Shown: positions 22,790 through 35,963, numbered from the stretch's first letter. The stretch: 64,000 nt of DNA from Paraphysomonas bandaiensis (GCA_965644295.1 CBFFRP010000144.1:1-64000); one strand, 5' to 3'. A program made the numbers and translations. Notes: generated by a model not told the origin, from the letters alone.

Positions 22790-24669
22790 TCATCCAGCCT
22801 TTGCCCCCTTGCGTTTTGCTTCTGCTTCTATTTCCTCCCGAGATCTTTTTGTGGTATGCGTACGACTCTAAAACATAGTTGGTTAGAGTAGAGCGTACAG
22901 CTAGAGTGCGAATGTGTGAGTCTAATACATCCACAGCGCATTGAGAATATGTGGTGCTTACATGAGATTGAGTGTTAGAAGGAAGGTAGGAACCACGGTG
23001 CAGGAGCTGATCGTAGTCCCTCTTTCGTCTAGGCGATACAGACACAGGATCTATTGTTCGTGTATCATCTAACTCCATAGAGGAAGAGTGAGCGGTTATA
23101 CCTGTCCCACCACGACCGTGTTCACCAGAAATATCGTATGGAGTGGTGCGACAGCGCAGTGACAACTGTGATAACTTTATCGCATCACAATCCGCCTGGT
23201 ACACTTCATGAGAAAGTTCATAGGGATCGCTTGCACAATCATATGAAACATAGTGGCACAAGGTGTTGCCATGGTAAAGTTTTACGCATTTTCGATTGAG
23301 CGTCACACACCTGGTATCGACAAAGGTCCATTAGAAGCGTGGAGATATCAACTGAACGCATGAAGGTTTCAAGTGATGACTCTGGCACAATATCTGCAGC
23401 CGATAGATAAGAAGATTTATTTGCCTCTTCAATATGTGCCATGAGGGGGATAAACCCATATGCTCGAGTTTCGCCGCGATATTGGTCAAAGTATGAGGTC
23501 ACTGACTTCTTACACGCCTGTTAAGAGCGCAATCAGCATACAACACCCCACACAATTGCAAGTGATGAATGAATTATAAGTGTAAAGAAATACCGTATGC
23601 ACATATATTACACATCCAGTGCGACAATACCTCTAAACTGTAAAAGCCCTCCAGTGGAAGCTTATTAAATACTGCCCCTAGAACTTTGACACCAGCGTGC
23701 TCGAAGAACCTATAAGTAGCATGAACACATGCATCTTTTCGACAACGCTTTGTTTATTTATTACCTTGCATTGAGGTTAAATGAATCCACAGCATCACCA
23801 ACCCCGCTCTTCCCAACCAAAAGGACTGGTGCGTCTAGAATTTTCGCCGCATCAGCGTTTGATATTCCACATATAGACCCAACAGCTGGGTATCCCACTC
23901 CATCAACAAGCACCACTCTACGCCCCCTCCCGATTTCTTCTACTGACTCTCGAACCTGTTGCAGCATCTCCTGCGAAGTATCTGTGGTACCCTCCAGATA
24001 TGCTCGTGTAAATCCCTTGTAAAACACAACAGGACCTATTCCTCGACACCGGACACCCATGAAATTACAAAACTTCACCACCGGCTGCTCTGCTTCACAC
24101 TGCGTTATCGGTTTAATATAGGCCACATCATCAGGGTTAAGGCCTTGCCGCAATAAAGCTGCAAGTAGGTACAGACAAAACGTAGATTTCCCCACACTCG
24201 AACGATCACCAGATATAAACAACAGCAAAGGCGCATTACGGGCACGAATTAAATTCGTGAGAGAAGTTTTATTCGAACTAGTGTTACAAATCAAGTCTTG
24301 CATAGAAATTAACCGCAACGAGTCTTCCAGTGGAGTTTCTTTCTCCGATAAGACGTTAACCAGCTGACCATTACAAAAAACAGCGAGTGCGGGTAGAGAA
24401 GAGGCCCCTAGAGACACTATGAACTCCTCCGCCTGTCATCATCATCACCAGCGTCACTTACACACAATCAGACTCACCTCATCGCAGTACTCAGAGCATA
24501 TGTGGTATATGGGCATGTGAGGGGGCAGCATACGCAACAGAGAGGAGCGATGAGACAGAGGCTCCCTCCTGCACCACACACCGTCAAAGTACACTACCAC
24601 CGGCATAGAACCAGACGAACATATCACAGGGAGGTGACAGCATTTGGTTGGAATAATAGAGGCTGCCAT
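22790..24669 (-). CDS. Thioredoxin-like plus BioD/AAA_26-like P-loop NTPase fusion protein, multi-exon (extends to 22775 if the UGA is recoded)
   Basis: N-terminus VVVYFDGVWC..SLPALAVFCNG (Trx-like); LFISGDRSSVGKS, YIKP, LVDGVG, SNADAAKILDAPVLLV, GAVFNK. After intron 22868-22961 the last exon reads KRSREEIEAEAKRKGAKAG. Confidence 0.8.
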
Positions 24670-24779
24670 ATCAACATCCCCTGCTTACAATACCAACAAG
24701 AACACAACCAACCCACTCAACAGAACAAACCCACATGCATACATACACCTACATGGCATACATGATACTCATAGGAATT

Positions 24780-25143
24780 CCTACCTACAGCAGTACATAC
24801 ATACATGCTGCTGTACATACGTACCTACAGCAGTACATATCTAGATATAGACTTACCTACAGCAGTACATGGAGTACAGTACATACATACTGCTGTACAT
24901 ACGTACCTACAGCAGTACATATCTAGATATAGACTTACCTACAGCAGTACAGTACAGTACATACATACTGCTGTACATACGTACCTACAGCAGTACATAT
25001 CTAGATATAGACTTACCTACAGCAGTACAGTACATACATACTGCTGTACATACGTACCTACAGCAGTACATATCTAGATATAGACTTACCTACAGCAGTA
25101 CAGTACATACATACTGCTGTACATACGTACCTACAGCAGTACG
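24780..25143. repeat. 73-82 bp tandem repeat, ~4-5 copies
   Basis: CTAGATATAG recurs at 24841, 24923, 25001 and 25074. Confidence 0.9.
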
Positions 25144-25974
25144 TCCATACGTACCTGTGGCGGGGTGCGTATATATGTGTGTATGCGTACAGCAGCACAT
25201 ATCTAGATATCAGTGTAACCTTTCTGTCACCGCCTATCGGATATATGCAGGGTCCCTTACATGTGCCGTAGACAGACACACTGTACGCCTATCAACAAAC
25301 ATAGACACCATCTGCTAGGAGTGGCACTCTTTGAACAGCCTGACAGCAATGCAAAGAAGTGATATCATTTGAACTGAAAAAGTAACAGTATTGGAGTGTA
25401 TTATCTGGTTAACAAGACCATCCACAGGACGTAAAGTGATATGACTAGTAGGTCATATGAAGAAGGTACCTATAAAACCTGTGTAATACGTTTTCGAGAG
25501 AAAGGCTATAGGTTACAGATATATGCAACGAAGTAGAGAGTTTTATTTGCATAGTGTATTCGATTTTCAATTCCACTCAACATATCGTACGTGTTGAACT
25601 ATATCACTCATGACTGTGTGCAAATTGTGACGTTTTATATGGAAGCTATGTAAAAGCAACTATGATATGTTAAATCAATGTCTTCCTATTTAACCTGATG
25701 AAATGTACACCGTCACCTACGACTTATTAATTCGGCAATTTTGAGCAAATGAACTATCTGCTTGACGGTGTTCGCTAATATGAATAGAATGTAACACTTC
25801 GCATAGCACAAGCACTGCATCATTTGATCATTGACATAGTCACTATTCAAATGTACATGCTTTCAGGTATTCGCTGCCACTGAGAAAAATATAAGTTTGA
25901 CACTTTGTTTCACCAATCCACACACACAGTAAACTATGTCTAGGTACGATAACCACTGACTTGGATATATTACA

Positions 25975-27667
25975 TCATTCGTTGTCTCCATCTTCATCCC
26001 TTACGATGTCGGGAAGTTGTCCGTCATCATCGAAATCCAGCAAACTAGCTAGAGTAGAATCGATAGAATCCAATCGAGCCAAAGGAACCTGGATTGTAGC
26101 CATATGAGTTAGAAAATAAAACCCGAATGACATAGATCATGGACTCACATCTCTGCTCTCTTGCTTCACAATCACATCTGGCGGGCCCATCGACGAATTC
26201 GGCGCCTCTATCGTGTTATCTACATGTAACACATTAACCAGAAATACACTTCAACGTAGCAAGGACCTTGTTGTGGCTGTGATGCATCGTAATTCATTCC
26301 ACTGCTAGTTCTGCGCTTCTTCTGTTCCTGAGGGTCTGGCACTGGAGGTATTTTACGAACCCCGGCGAAGATGTCGCCTTGGGGTGTTATAGTGCTGTCG
26401 AATGAAGTACTGTCAAACCCTGAGCTCCTTGTCAGCGCTAGTCCTTCTCTGTCCTTGGACAACTGTCTGTGGTTCACTACAGAATCTCCTACGTTGCTTC
26501 CCGTCTCAACTAGCCGCTCCAGACTATCGCTTCGTAACAGAGACTTGTCGGATGGGAGTGATATGGAGTTGGCAAGGCTGTCGAATGAAAACACCTACGA
26601 GAGCAATGTAAACCCCAACATAATAAACACTCAACTCTAACCTTCTCCAGTGGGCGCCCTTCGTTGCTACTGCTGGTGCCTCCGTCCTGTACAGCAGGGT
26701 GGCCGCGCATGGGAGAGGCTTCCTCAAGTGAACGCCGCTGTACTTGTCCATCCAACTGTAGGTACTTACAGAATTCCAACAACCGAGACTCCGGTATTCC
26801 CGCCAATGAACCCTTAGGGATAAGTTTGCCACCCTAGTAAAAACATATCACTTCTCTGCTGATAGTACTCTGCGAGAGCAGACGTACCGTACTTACGAAC
26901 ATATGGTAGAGTAGCTTCAATACGCCTTCTGTTTTGTGAGTGAGTTCATCCTGCTTCGCCCGAGCCTCTGCGAGCATATGCTTCAGCATGGTATTCTCAC
27001 CAGCGAGCCTGGCCTGCTGTTCCTCAAGCTCAGCCATGCGGTACTTCTGAGCCTCCAAGTCAGCAAGCCGCTTCTCGAAGTCCGCACGCAAGGCCCGCTG
27101 CTTCCCAAGTTCAGTCAGGAGCATAGCCTCTGAATGCGTGGGTACAGGCGGCACCCCGTCCGAAAAGTTTTCCGAACTGGGCTGAGGGAGTGGCGGTTTC
27201 TGCTTACTCTCCGCTCGGCTATGCGCTTTCCGCTTTATAAGGTGTAAGAGATCTGGTCTATCTTTCAAAAAATATGTATGCTGAAATTCTCCATTTCCAG
27301 GGTCCTGAACAGTCTTGTGGAAGTCGTACTACAATACAGATATATGTTACAAATATTCGACAAGCAGTCAGATATACCATATTAAGTTGACGAACGAACG
27401 ATTGAAAATTAGAGTGCTTGAAATACTGTGGCAGTATCGTTTTCGAAAATTCATCAATCTGAGGACGATTATATAATTATTAGTCAAAGCCTGCAAAGAA
27501 ATCGCCTCTACCTTCTTGACTTGAATGGTGTCGCCGTTCGGTCCCCATCCACATATATCCTCATGCTCCCTGCGGGTCATTAACAACACCACATCAATAA
27601 CACTACATGCTCACTTGTTGGAGAATATCCCATAGGTCTTCGACAGAAAACCAGACACTGAACTCAT
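25975..27667 (-). CDS. Heat shock factor-type transcription factor, multi-exon
   Basis: Spliced HSF DBD: FLSKTY..ICGWGPNG..ILPQYFKHSNFQSFVRQLNM|YDFHK..FLKDRPDLLHLIKRK, followed by a coiled coil. Confidence 0.93.
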
Positions 27668-28197
27668 GATTAACTATGCGAATGACAGATAACAATATAT
27701 ATATATATATATGACGCTAACAACTACTGCATCACTGCTTTAATAATCCAATTATTTCTGTCCTTAGATGAGTTGGGTTCGTGGTAGTCACTATAGGGAG
27801 GCAGCGCGAATTAATTTAATAACTAGTCACCTCAGAATCGTATATATGTCTACGTATGTATATATAGTGCATGTCTATGTCTGTATGTACAGTAGTCATA
27901 TATACGTATATTCGTAGAGAATTGGACCGAAATCAGTCGAACGCACTCCAGACTTTATGTATAGGTATACTGTGCATACTGAGTACTGTACATCCAGCGG
28001 TACCCTTTAGCCTATACCAGAATAAGGTATGGTAGAATACGCTGTATTATTGTATGTAGTATTCATAGGACAGACGTAGATACTGTGTGTACGTATATAT
28101 ATATAGTACCCCTGCTCAAGAAAGAGTTCTGGTTATACTCATCATACACACAGCTGACTCCATATCATTACTGAGCAATCCACCCCAACTATTTATA

Positions 28198-28818
28198 ATG
28201 GACAACACTGGTGACCCTCTTAAAGCAGGGACGCCACGCAAGAGACGTAACAGCGACTCAGATGATCTTGATCAGCTTGTGAATCAAATAGCAGAGAAAC
28301 TGCAGCATCTGGAGACCTCTGACAACTACAAGACTCAGATCGATGTTTTTCTTGAGGTAATGTGCTGTTCTGAACGAGAGGCTTCTTTTTTTCTGGAGTC
28401 ATCTAACTGGGACATCAGCACTGCTGTTGCACTCTATCTGGAGCAACAACCCAATATAATGAAGCGCCCACGACAGCCCATTGAGACTCACACTAGGTAT
28501 AGGAAGAGAATAGTTAATATTGAGGGGTTGGATAAAGAATGGCGAGCTCTAGTTTCAGCGTCAACAGGACAAATCTACTTTCAACATATTGCTACAGGGC
28601 TTGCTCAGTATGAAGTGCCTCCAGGATTCGCGGATAATTCTAGTTGTACTGACCCCGTAAATGACATCCATCCTGGGCCGAGTATATTTGCAACCGAAAA
28701 TGAATGTAGTTACGATGGGCTTTTGCGTTTTGCTGATCAGAATGTTGAGTCTGAAAATTGTAGTATTCCTGAGATAAGAGACGCCGACATGATGGAGAAT
28801 TCCGAAGAATCATCGTAG
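28198..28818 (+). CDS. UBA-like plus WW domain protein
   Basis: FLEVMCCSEREASFFLESSNWDISTAVALY (UBA-like); EWRALVSASTGQIYFQHIATGLAQYEVP (WW). Confidence 0.78.
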   Translation: MDNTGDPLKAGTPRKRRNSDSDDLDQLVNQIAEKLQHLETSDNYKTQIDVFLEVMCCSEREASFFLESSNWDISTAVALYLEQQPNIMKRPRQPIETHTRYRKRIVNIEGLDKEWRALVSASTGQIYFQHIATGLAQYEVPPGFADNSSCTDPVNDIHPGPSIFATENECSYDGLLRFADQNVESENCSIPEIRDADMMENSEESS

Positions 28819-30149
28819 TGTGACCAAATTGCATTGTATCTATGAGAAGTCTTCAAGTTATGTCTTACCCGTGTAGAGATATATGTGGTTCTTTATTTCT
28901 TGGATATGGTGATGTGTATACGTGTATAGGGCTCTGTGATCGATCGGAAATATTTGAAGCCTTTTTTATGCGCCGGTATTGTTTATCCGATATCTTTAAG
29001 TGAATTAATTAATCGTATACTGATTTTGCGCGTCTATCCTCCATCGGTTGTTTGAATGATAAAGAGTACTGGCGTGTAATTGTGTATGCGAACAATGATC
29101 TAAGATGAACAAATATTAGATATCTACCAGATGCTACAATAATTCTTCATTAGATATTTATACTTTTAGCTGTTTAATAGGGTATTGGGTTGTGACAAGA
29201 GCATCTCATACTACTCTTCGTGGGTGATTATCCTATTTAGGACTGGGAATCAACGAGGAAAACTATAGGCCGAAGATGCTCTTGAATTTTCTCCTTATTT
29301 TTCCAAATACTGTCGTGCTTTTCATGCCATGTAGCGGAAATTGCCATGTTACTGGCCGTCAGCGGTGCCTAACTATATATGTCACCTACATAATAGTATC
29401 AGTGAGGGACTATTGTGAATATATGTTCCGATTAATTTTTATTAAGCAGCACGATGATAATCACAAAAATATGATAAATATTGACATCGGTTCTGCCAAA
29501 AGCGAAAATAGTTTGGTAGAATGAGTAAGGTTTTGAAATCTACAAGACGACTTCAGAGATACTGCGTTGCATGTCACTAGAGGGCAGAATAAAGACTATA
29601 ATGGTGTATAGCACTATATGCCATATGCAGATGTTGTCTCACTCATGTGCCGTCTCCGCACAAAAAGAGTGGCAGTGGAACTCCTTCAGGGTTTAATAGT
29701 GCAGATGAATATATAGATCTCTCAGAGGGAGGCAGTCGATGCATGATATCGAATGCATCAATCGTCAGTGTCCATCATGTGTATGTATCTTTCACAGAGT
29801 ACTCTGTAGAGAGTACTGTATCATGATCAACAAAACCATAGGTTTTGGGACCGAGGAGTCGGGGTTTTCGTGCTTGTCGAAGAAACTCACGGCAGGAATA
29901 AATTTCCTGGAATTTTAATGCAGTATACGTATACTGTTGTATACTTTTGTATATACTACTGTACAATGGTGGGAACTACTGTACGTTTTCACCCATACAA
30001 AATCCACCACTCGTAGCTGCTGCTCCTGTACTGGTATATGTACATGTATACATGTATGTATATGTGTATGTGTGTATGTGTACATGTGTATGATATGATT
30101 CTCACTGCCATTAAGAGCGCTGAACACACCTCTGTTGCACTATACAATC

Positions 30150-31730
30150 ATGCTCCGAATTGCTCGTACAGCTCTTCGACGATCCACACCTATTCGTTTC
30201 TACTCCAATCCTTTCGAGGGCACTAACGGCGAGCCTCAGCAGTATCATGCTGAGAAGTCTCCTAAGATAGCGGAGTTATGGGGACAGCGCGTGGCTCATG
30301 CTAAGAAAGAAGAGATCGCTATCCGACAGAACTCTGCGGAGGTTGTCTACGAGTCTGAGCTGCTTGAGAAGACTACAGCTGATAGCAGACTGCATATTGT
30401 GTATAACTTCAGCACTGATGCGAGCTTGAGGCACCTGTATATCGACGCACAGGGAAACATACTCACTGGTAAACTATTCGAAGACCTGGACGCTCTTGCT
30501 GGGAATATTGCTTTTAAGCATTGTGACGATAACAATCCGAGTACTGCACCTCTCAATTTGGTAACTGTGTCTGTTGATAAAATTGCCCAATCTGCTCCTT
30601 TGTCTGCGAAGAACGATATTGTTATATTCGGCCAAATTGCGTGGGTGGGTCGCTCCTCCATGGATATTCTAATGAAGGCATTCAATGTAAAAGATGTTGA
30701 CCTAAGTGAGGAAGGCATGCCAGAAGTTTTAGACCAACATGGCAGCAAGTCCTTACTCACGAGTGTGTTTACTTTTGTTGCTCGTAGTGGACGAGCCGGC
30801 CATGCCGTTCAAGTAAACACCCTCAAAGTGAGATCGGACTACGAGAAATCTGTATGGAACAAGCGCCAGAGGCAAGTCGATCTTCGCAAACGTCGCGGCC
30901 AACAATCAACAGATACTCTCTCCCGGAAAACCCTGACCCAGTTAGTTGAGAGAGGGAGTGCTATGGTTGACATGCCAGCTCTTGCGCACCCCAATGGAGT
31001 TCTTATGAAACGGACGGGTTTGGAGAATAGTTTTATTTGTCAGCCACAAAACGTGAATGTTGCTGGAACTGTGTTTGGTGGATTCTTGAGTGAGTGACTG
31101 CCCTGTTGATCCCTAGTGGATATGACATACCAATATATTAGAGATTGACATAACATACTATATGCAGTGCACCGTGCGTACGACCTGGCTGTGGCTACGT
31201 GCTACACTTTTGCTGGCGTGAGTCCTTTCCTTCTTGAGGTAATACAATATTCGGCTGCTGTTTTGTACAATATGACCTGAATTCACTCTACTCTGTTTAG
31301 GTCGATAAGATTGAGTTCCTCAAGCCGGTCGACATCGGTGACCTCATGCGCCTCAAAAGTCGTGTGGTGTATGCTTCTGACGATCCCGTTAATCCAACGG
31401 CTCATGTTGAGGTTAAGTGCCAAGTCGTCCGCCCCGAGAGGTATTCAATGCTTTGTGTATCTGTGGCTATACTCCATGAGTATAAGTAAAAATATATCGA
31501 TGAAAATGCAATGTATATTATTCCTGATTGTACTGAATTTACTTTCATGATAAATATTTCTTACATTCTTTATTCTCAGGGCATCGAGTTTCGTCAGTAA
31601 CACTTTTAATTTCATATTCGGATTCAGTGAGAGTGTCACTCTGAAACGTGTGCTTCCAGTCACGTATGAGGAGGCCACAGCTCTGTTAAAGGCTTCTTCT
31701 GATCGAGAAAAGAATAGGGAACTGGAATAG
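30150..31730 (+). CDS. Mitochondrial acyl-CoA thioesterase 9-like (double hotdog), multi-exon
   Basis: Arg-rich presequence; GKLFEDLDALAG, VTVSVDKI, WVGRSSM, QPQNVNVAGTVFGGFL, FLKPVDIGD. Confidence 0.9.
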
Positions 31731-32352
31731 TTCTTTTCAGGACTAGCTTTTGTACATGGCAATACTGTGGAATTCAGTTTGTTTATTAATAGTGCTTTAC
31801 TGCTATACTTTTTTAAGGTAATATTCAATCATATATCTACAGACACATAAATAAAACAACCGTTGTTGAGATTTACAGCCTGTAGTAGTATCGTAAAAAC
31901 AGAGATAGAGAACAATATATATTTCGTGCTGTGATAGTTGCAATATATATTGGCTATTGACAACTGTTTTGACCTCAGTAGTCATGTCATGAAAATAAAT
32001 TATTACAGCATTCTTCTTATGTGTCTTCAAATTCTGCTCCTCGCTGGAGTAATGGACAATTAATAGAATACTAATTCGTACGCAGCCCTGATGAGCACAT
32101 CTACTCTTACAACTATACTAGTAGCTGCGATAGTTTCGAGTTTGTCATTAGACTTAACAATTAGCAATACAAGGTATGGCCTTCCTCACAGCCTCACAGC
32201 ACTACAACTGTACACAAACCTAAAATATTCATTCTGTACCAACATAATGTACTAAATAATTCGGCTAAATTATTACACTTCTTTAGGAAAGTTGTAGTAC
32301 ATGAGCAAGTACTTCATCCGAGTATACAAGTACTTACAGCAATAAGACGAAC

Positions 32353-32928
32353 TTAGGCATCGGGGAATTGCGCGCTATTAGACTGAATGATACCGACAAT
32401 GATACCAAAAATTCCAAGAGCGGAAGCAAAAATTTCCACGATTAATATTTTCACGAAGAGAGAGTCGTCTTGAGCATCTCCAAGTGCACATGAGCTTCCA
32501 GCAATACCCACAGATATTCCGCTCGCAATATTAGTAAAACCAACACTACAACCGGACCAAAACACACCATAACCAGCAAAGTAAAAGGTAGCAAAGTCCC
32601 ATTCATCAGATAGCTCGTATACTTTATCTTTAGGCTCTGATATCTTATTGAGGAGGATTATAGCTAGAATGACCCCATATATCGCTGTCGCCTCACAGAA
32701 TATAACACTCACAAGATTCTTCGAACGAATTCGAGGGGCTTTAATGGCAGCTCCCACTAGACTGGACCCTGTGAGCCATATGCCCCATGCAGCCCCCACC
32801 ACTGAGAACCCTAGACCTATAGCTATGCCCCAGTTAGCCCATGAATAGGGGGACAGGTGCGACAGAAGCTCCTTCCACCCGGCGTTACAATAATATGTCG
32901 TACAGCTGTAATCTATCTCGCTGCTCAT
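32353..32928 (-). CDS. VMA16: V-type ATPase 21 kDa proteolipid subunit c''
   Basis: SPYSWANWGI..GAAWGI..APRIRSKNLVSVIFCEATAIYG..LFVKILIVEIFASALGIFG. Confidence 0.95.
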   Translation of the reverse strand: MSSEIDYSCTTYYCNAGWKELLSHLSPYSWANWGIAIGLGFSVVGAAWGIWLTGSSLVGAAIKAPRIRSKNLVSVIFCEATAIYGVILAIILLNKISEPKDKVYELSDEWDFATFYFAGYGVFWSGCSVGFTNIASGISVGIAGSSCALGDAQDDSLFVKILIVEIFASALGIFGIIVGIIQSNSAQFPDA

Positions 32929-33298
32929 GGTGTGGTGTAAGGTGTATGGTGTGGCTAGAGGTAGATGGAAGAACTGGAACAATGCTGCTATTAGACTGCA
33001 GCAGATAGCCTGCAGCTGCATATCATGTACATGTATGCAGCAGTATACCATATGCCACACCTGTATACATCTATATACACAGTACATACAGCCAGTATTC
33101 TGGACCATACCAACACCTCCAGCATATGTATACGCATTCACCAGCAGCAGGTGACCATGGAGTCATATGAAATACCATTGTATTCCATGTATACGGTATA
33201 TGTGTCACCAGCAGCAGCAGTAGGATCCTATGATCGTATCTGCATATCCAGGGCACGAGATAGATGGGTGTAGCAGATCATGATGCATCCTATATCTA

Positions 33299-33464
33299 GG
33301 AGACGTTTTTTGACAAAGTGGACCAGCCCTCCACTTGTCGGTCCCACTCGAAAAAAAAAAATTGTACTCATTTTGACCACAATTTCAAAGCTCTACACTC
33401 ATATTCCATACGAAAAAATACAATACAAAAAAATAACTGGTCCGCTCTGTCGAAAAAAGTCTCC
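33299..33464. mobile_element. Small MITE-like element
   Basis: Imperfect ~28-bp TIRs GGAGACGTTTTTTGACAAAGTGGACCAG / CTGGTCCGCTCTGTCGAAAAAAGTCTCC. Confidence 0.55.
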
Positions 33465-33465
33465 G

Positions 33466-34745
33466 AGGCAGTCCAAAAAAACTACCCAAGTTCAAAAAAA
33501 CTTCCCTACTTTTTGTTGTGTGGGTATCTCTCTATATAAGTGAACATGGATTAGATATTTTTTATATCCAGAGTCAGTCCATTAGACTGGAACATTTCAA
33601 TGACGTGTCGTCGTGAAACTGTACTGCACTCATCTACCTCTATACTCATGTCTTCAGAATTAAATTCAGATAGCTCATTATTATATTAAGAGCTCTTGAA
33701 ACCACGTCATTCATCTTGATAATTTAAGCTCCAGTGGCCCCTACAGACCACAGACAACGAAGGTAACCACATTAAATCACTGTACTCTTTGTGTGTAACA
33801 TTATTTGTATAATGGTCTTGCTGTAGTTATTGGTGTATCATCGTGTGTTAGAGGGGGGGGGCATGTGAGGTATGCATATATTACACCCGATATCCAGTAT
33901 CAGCCAGTCCGAGTGCACAACATACTCGGTGACAGGAACCAAAATGCATAGTGATGTTGAATATATCACTGTTTTCCCGACATTGCAGTGGAACACTACC
34001 ACACGGTTCATCTATTGGCATTAGGTCATAGTGGATGTCCCAACTTCGTCGCCGACTTCAACACGTGTACACCTTCTACAGTCGGTATGAAGTAATTTCT
34101 ACATCCATGCAGGGTCGATGATTACTCGCAGTGGGACAGTGTTACCCCCTGTGTCAGGTACTGTGAATGAACGAAAGCGAGTTGGCATAGAACATATATT
34201 TAGAGGGACACACACAGATAAAGAGAAATAAACTTACGCTTTCAAGGTGTGCCTGTCTACTTTCACTACTTTGGACGCCTTATTGACGCTAAATCCCTTC
34301 GTATTAACGAGATCTATGCCAACTCGCTTTCGTTCATTCACAGTACCTGACACAGGGGGTAACACTGTCCCACTGCGAGTAATCATAGACCCTGCATGGA
34401 TGTAGATATTACTACACAGTGTTGATAAAAGTCATAAATGAACATATGTGGTACGTTCGCTGCCCTAACAAGTGTTAAATAATATAAGAGGCTTACCGAT
34501 CACAAATACAGATATTACAGGCTCACAAAAAGGAAATAAAAGAAACTGTTTGCTGTTGCAAACTATCTCTGAGTGTAGATCATTGAAATACGAATGGCAG
34601 CTGAAACGGCACAGTGTATGTGCCCTGTACTCTTTTAAAGTAATAATATTGACATGTCTAGATATCCAGATATTACGAAGTTCGAAATTCTTGAACAAAA
34701 AGTAGGGAAGTTTTTTTGAACTTGGGTAGTTTTTTTGGACTGCCT
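33466..34745. mobile_element. Non-autonomous TIR element with an internal hairpin
   Basis: ~52-bp TIRs AGGCAGTCCAAAAAAACTACCCAAGTTC... (33466-33517 / 34694-34745); internal ~100-bp inverted repeat. Confidence 0.8.
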
Positions 34746-35963
34746 AGATATGTAGATATGGAGCTGCTGTACTTGCATTAAATGGAGCCTGGCCACACAC
34801 TAAAGAACAAACTCTTTGCAAATTACTGTAACAATTGTCCTTTAATGACTATGAGTAGCGACTACAAGCAACAAGTATCATCTATAGATTTAAGCTGATG
34901 GGGCATAACACTGATAAGTACATGGGCGGAGATACGATAGTAGCGGCGAGAATCACTTGTGCGCAGCAGGTAGTTTGAAATCAGCATATCTCTCTGCGTA
35001 GGATGCACTTGGGGAATATGGCCTCTCTATGGGTGCTATATATGTACAGACTTCTGCAGTTGGTGTTCATATGGTTTGGGAGTGATAACCGCTGTGTCTC
35101 TGGCATTGACTGGGATGCTTCTCAAGAATAAGAATAAGTTGGAATCAGAGGACAAAAGTATGTCCTGGTACGGGGTGGACGTACTTGACGTGTACTGATA
35201 TCGAGGGCACAGTGTCATGTATTCGATCTTATAACAACATTAGAGCAGCAGGAAATGATGAAACTCTATTGCTCCAGTGCTATCCTTTAGTAGTGAATGT
35301 CTTATTATTAGAAATTGGCCTGTAAGAGTCAGAACTACTGCTATCCTTTGTCAAAGCAATCGACAGCAATACTTTCTGCGTCTCAGCAACCCCATGTACA
35401 TCTGTTTTAGAATTAATTCGTGTAAATTGAAAATATGTGTTTATCTACTTCAGCAAACATATTTTTGGAGTTATGGTTTCAGTGTTGCTCTTTTCTTTCC
35501 ATTGATAGATTTTTTTAAATATTGCATGATGTATGTTAAGAAAGCAAGCTGTTTAAAGTTTTCACTGAATATCGTATATCATTATATTCTAGCTGCTAGT
35601 TACTTAAATGCTTTATTATTTTCATGTATCTACTCCTTGTTTCGGTACACACGTTTGTCAAACCATAACAGGGAATTCTTCGTAGGGAAAAGTCATAATT
35701 GCACTTATCATTTACCTGCCATATTTAGTGAGTCAAACATTCACTTTATTCGCAGTTCATTATTGCCACTAACACACGCATATCAAGAGAAAACTCGTCA
35801 TATTTCCTCATGAGAGCATTACACTAACAATTAAGGAGACATCCTCTTATATACATATAGAGCTACGTTGAAATGACTCGCTAATGCTACAATATCGCAG
35901 CTACTTTAATTTGTATGTACAGCAACATTTAATATAGAAAACATTCAATAACTGTCCGCATAT

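Noticed and set aside
21731-32090. CAGGGCTGCGTA ... TACGCAGCCCTG as ends of one 10-kb hAT-like element
   Set aside because: No matching TSD and it spans ordinary housekeeping genes. More likely two separate relics.
35277-35813. 178-aa ORF
   Set aside because: AT-rich, GTG start and no domain features; likely spurious.
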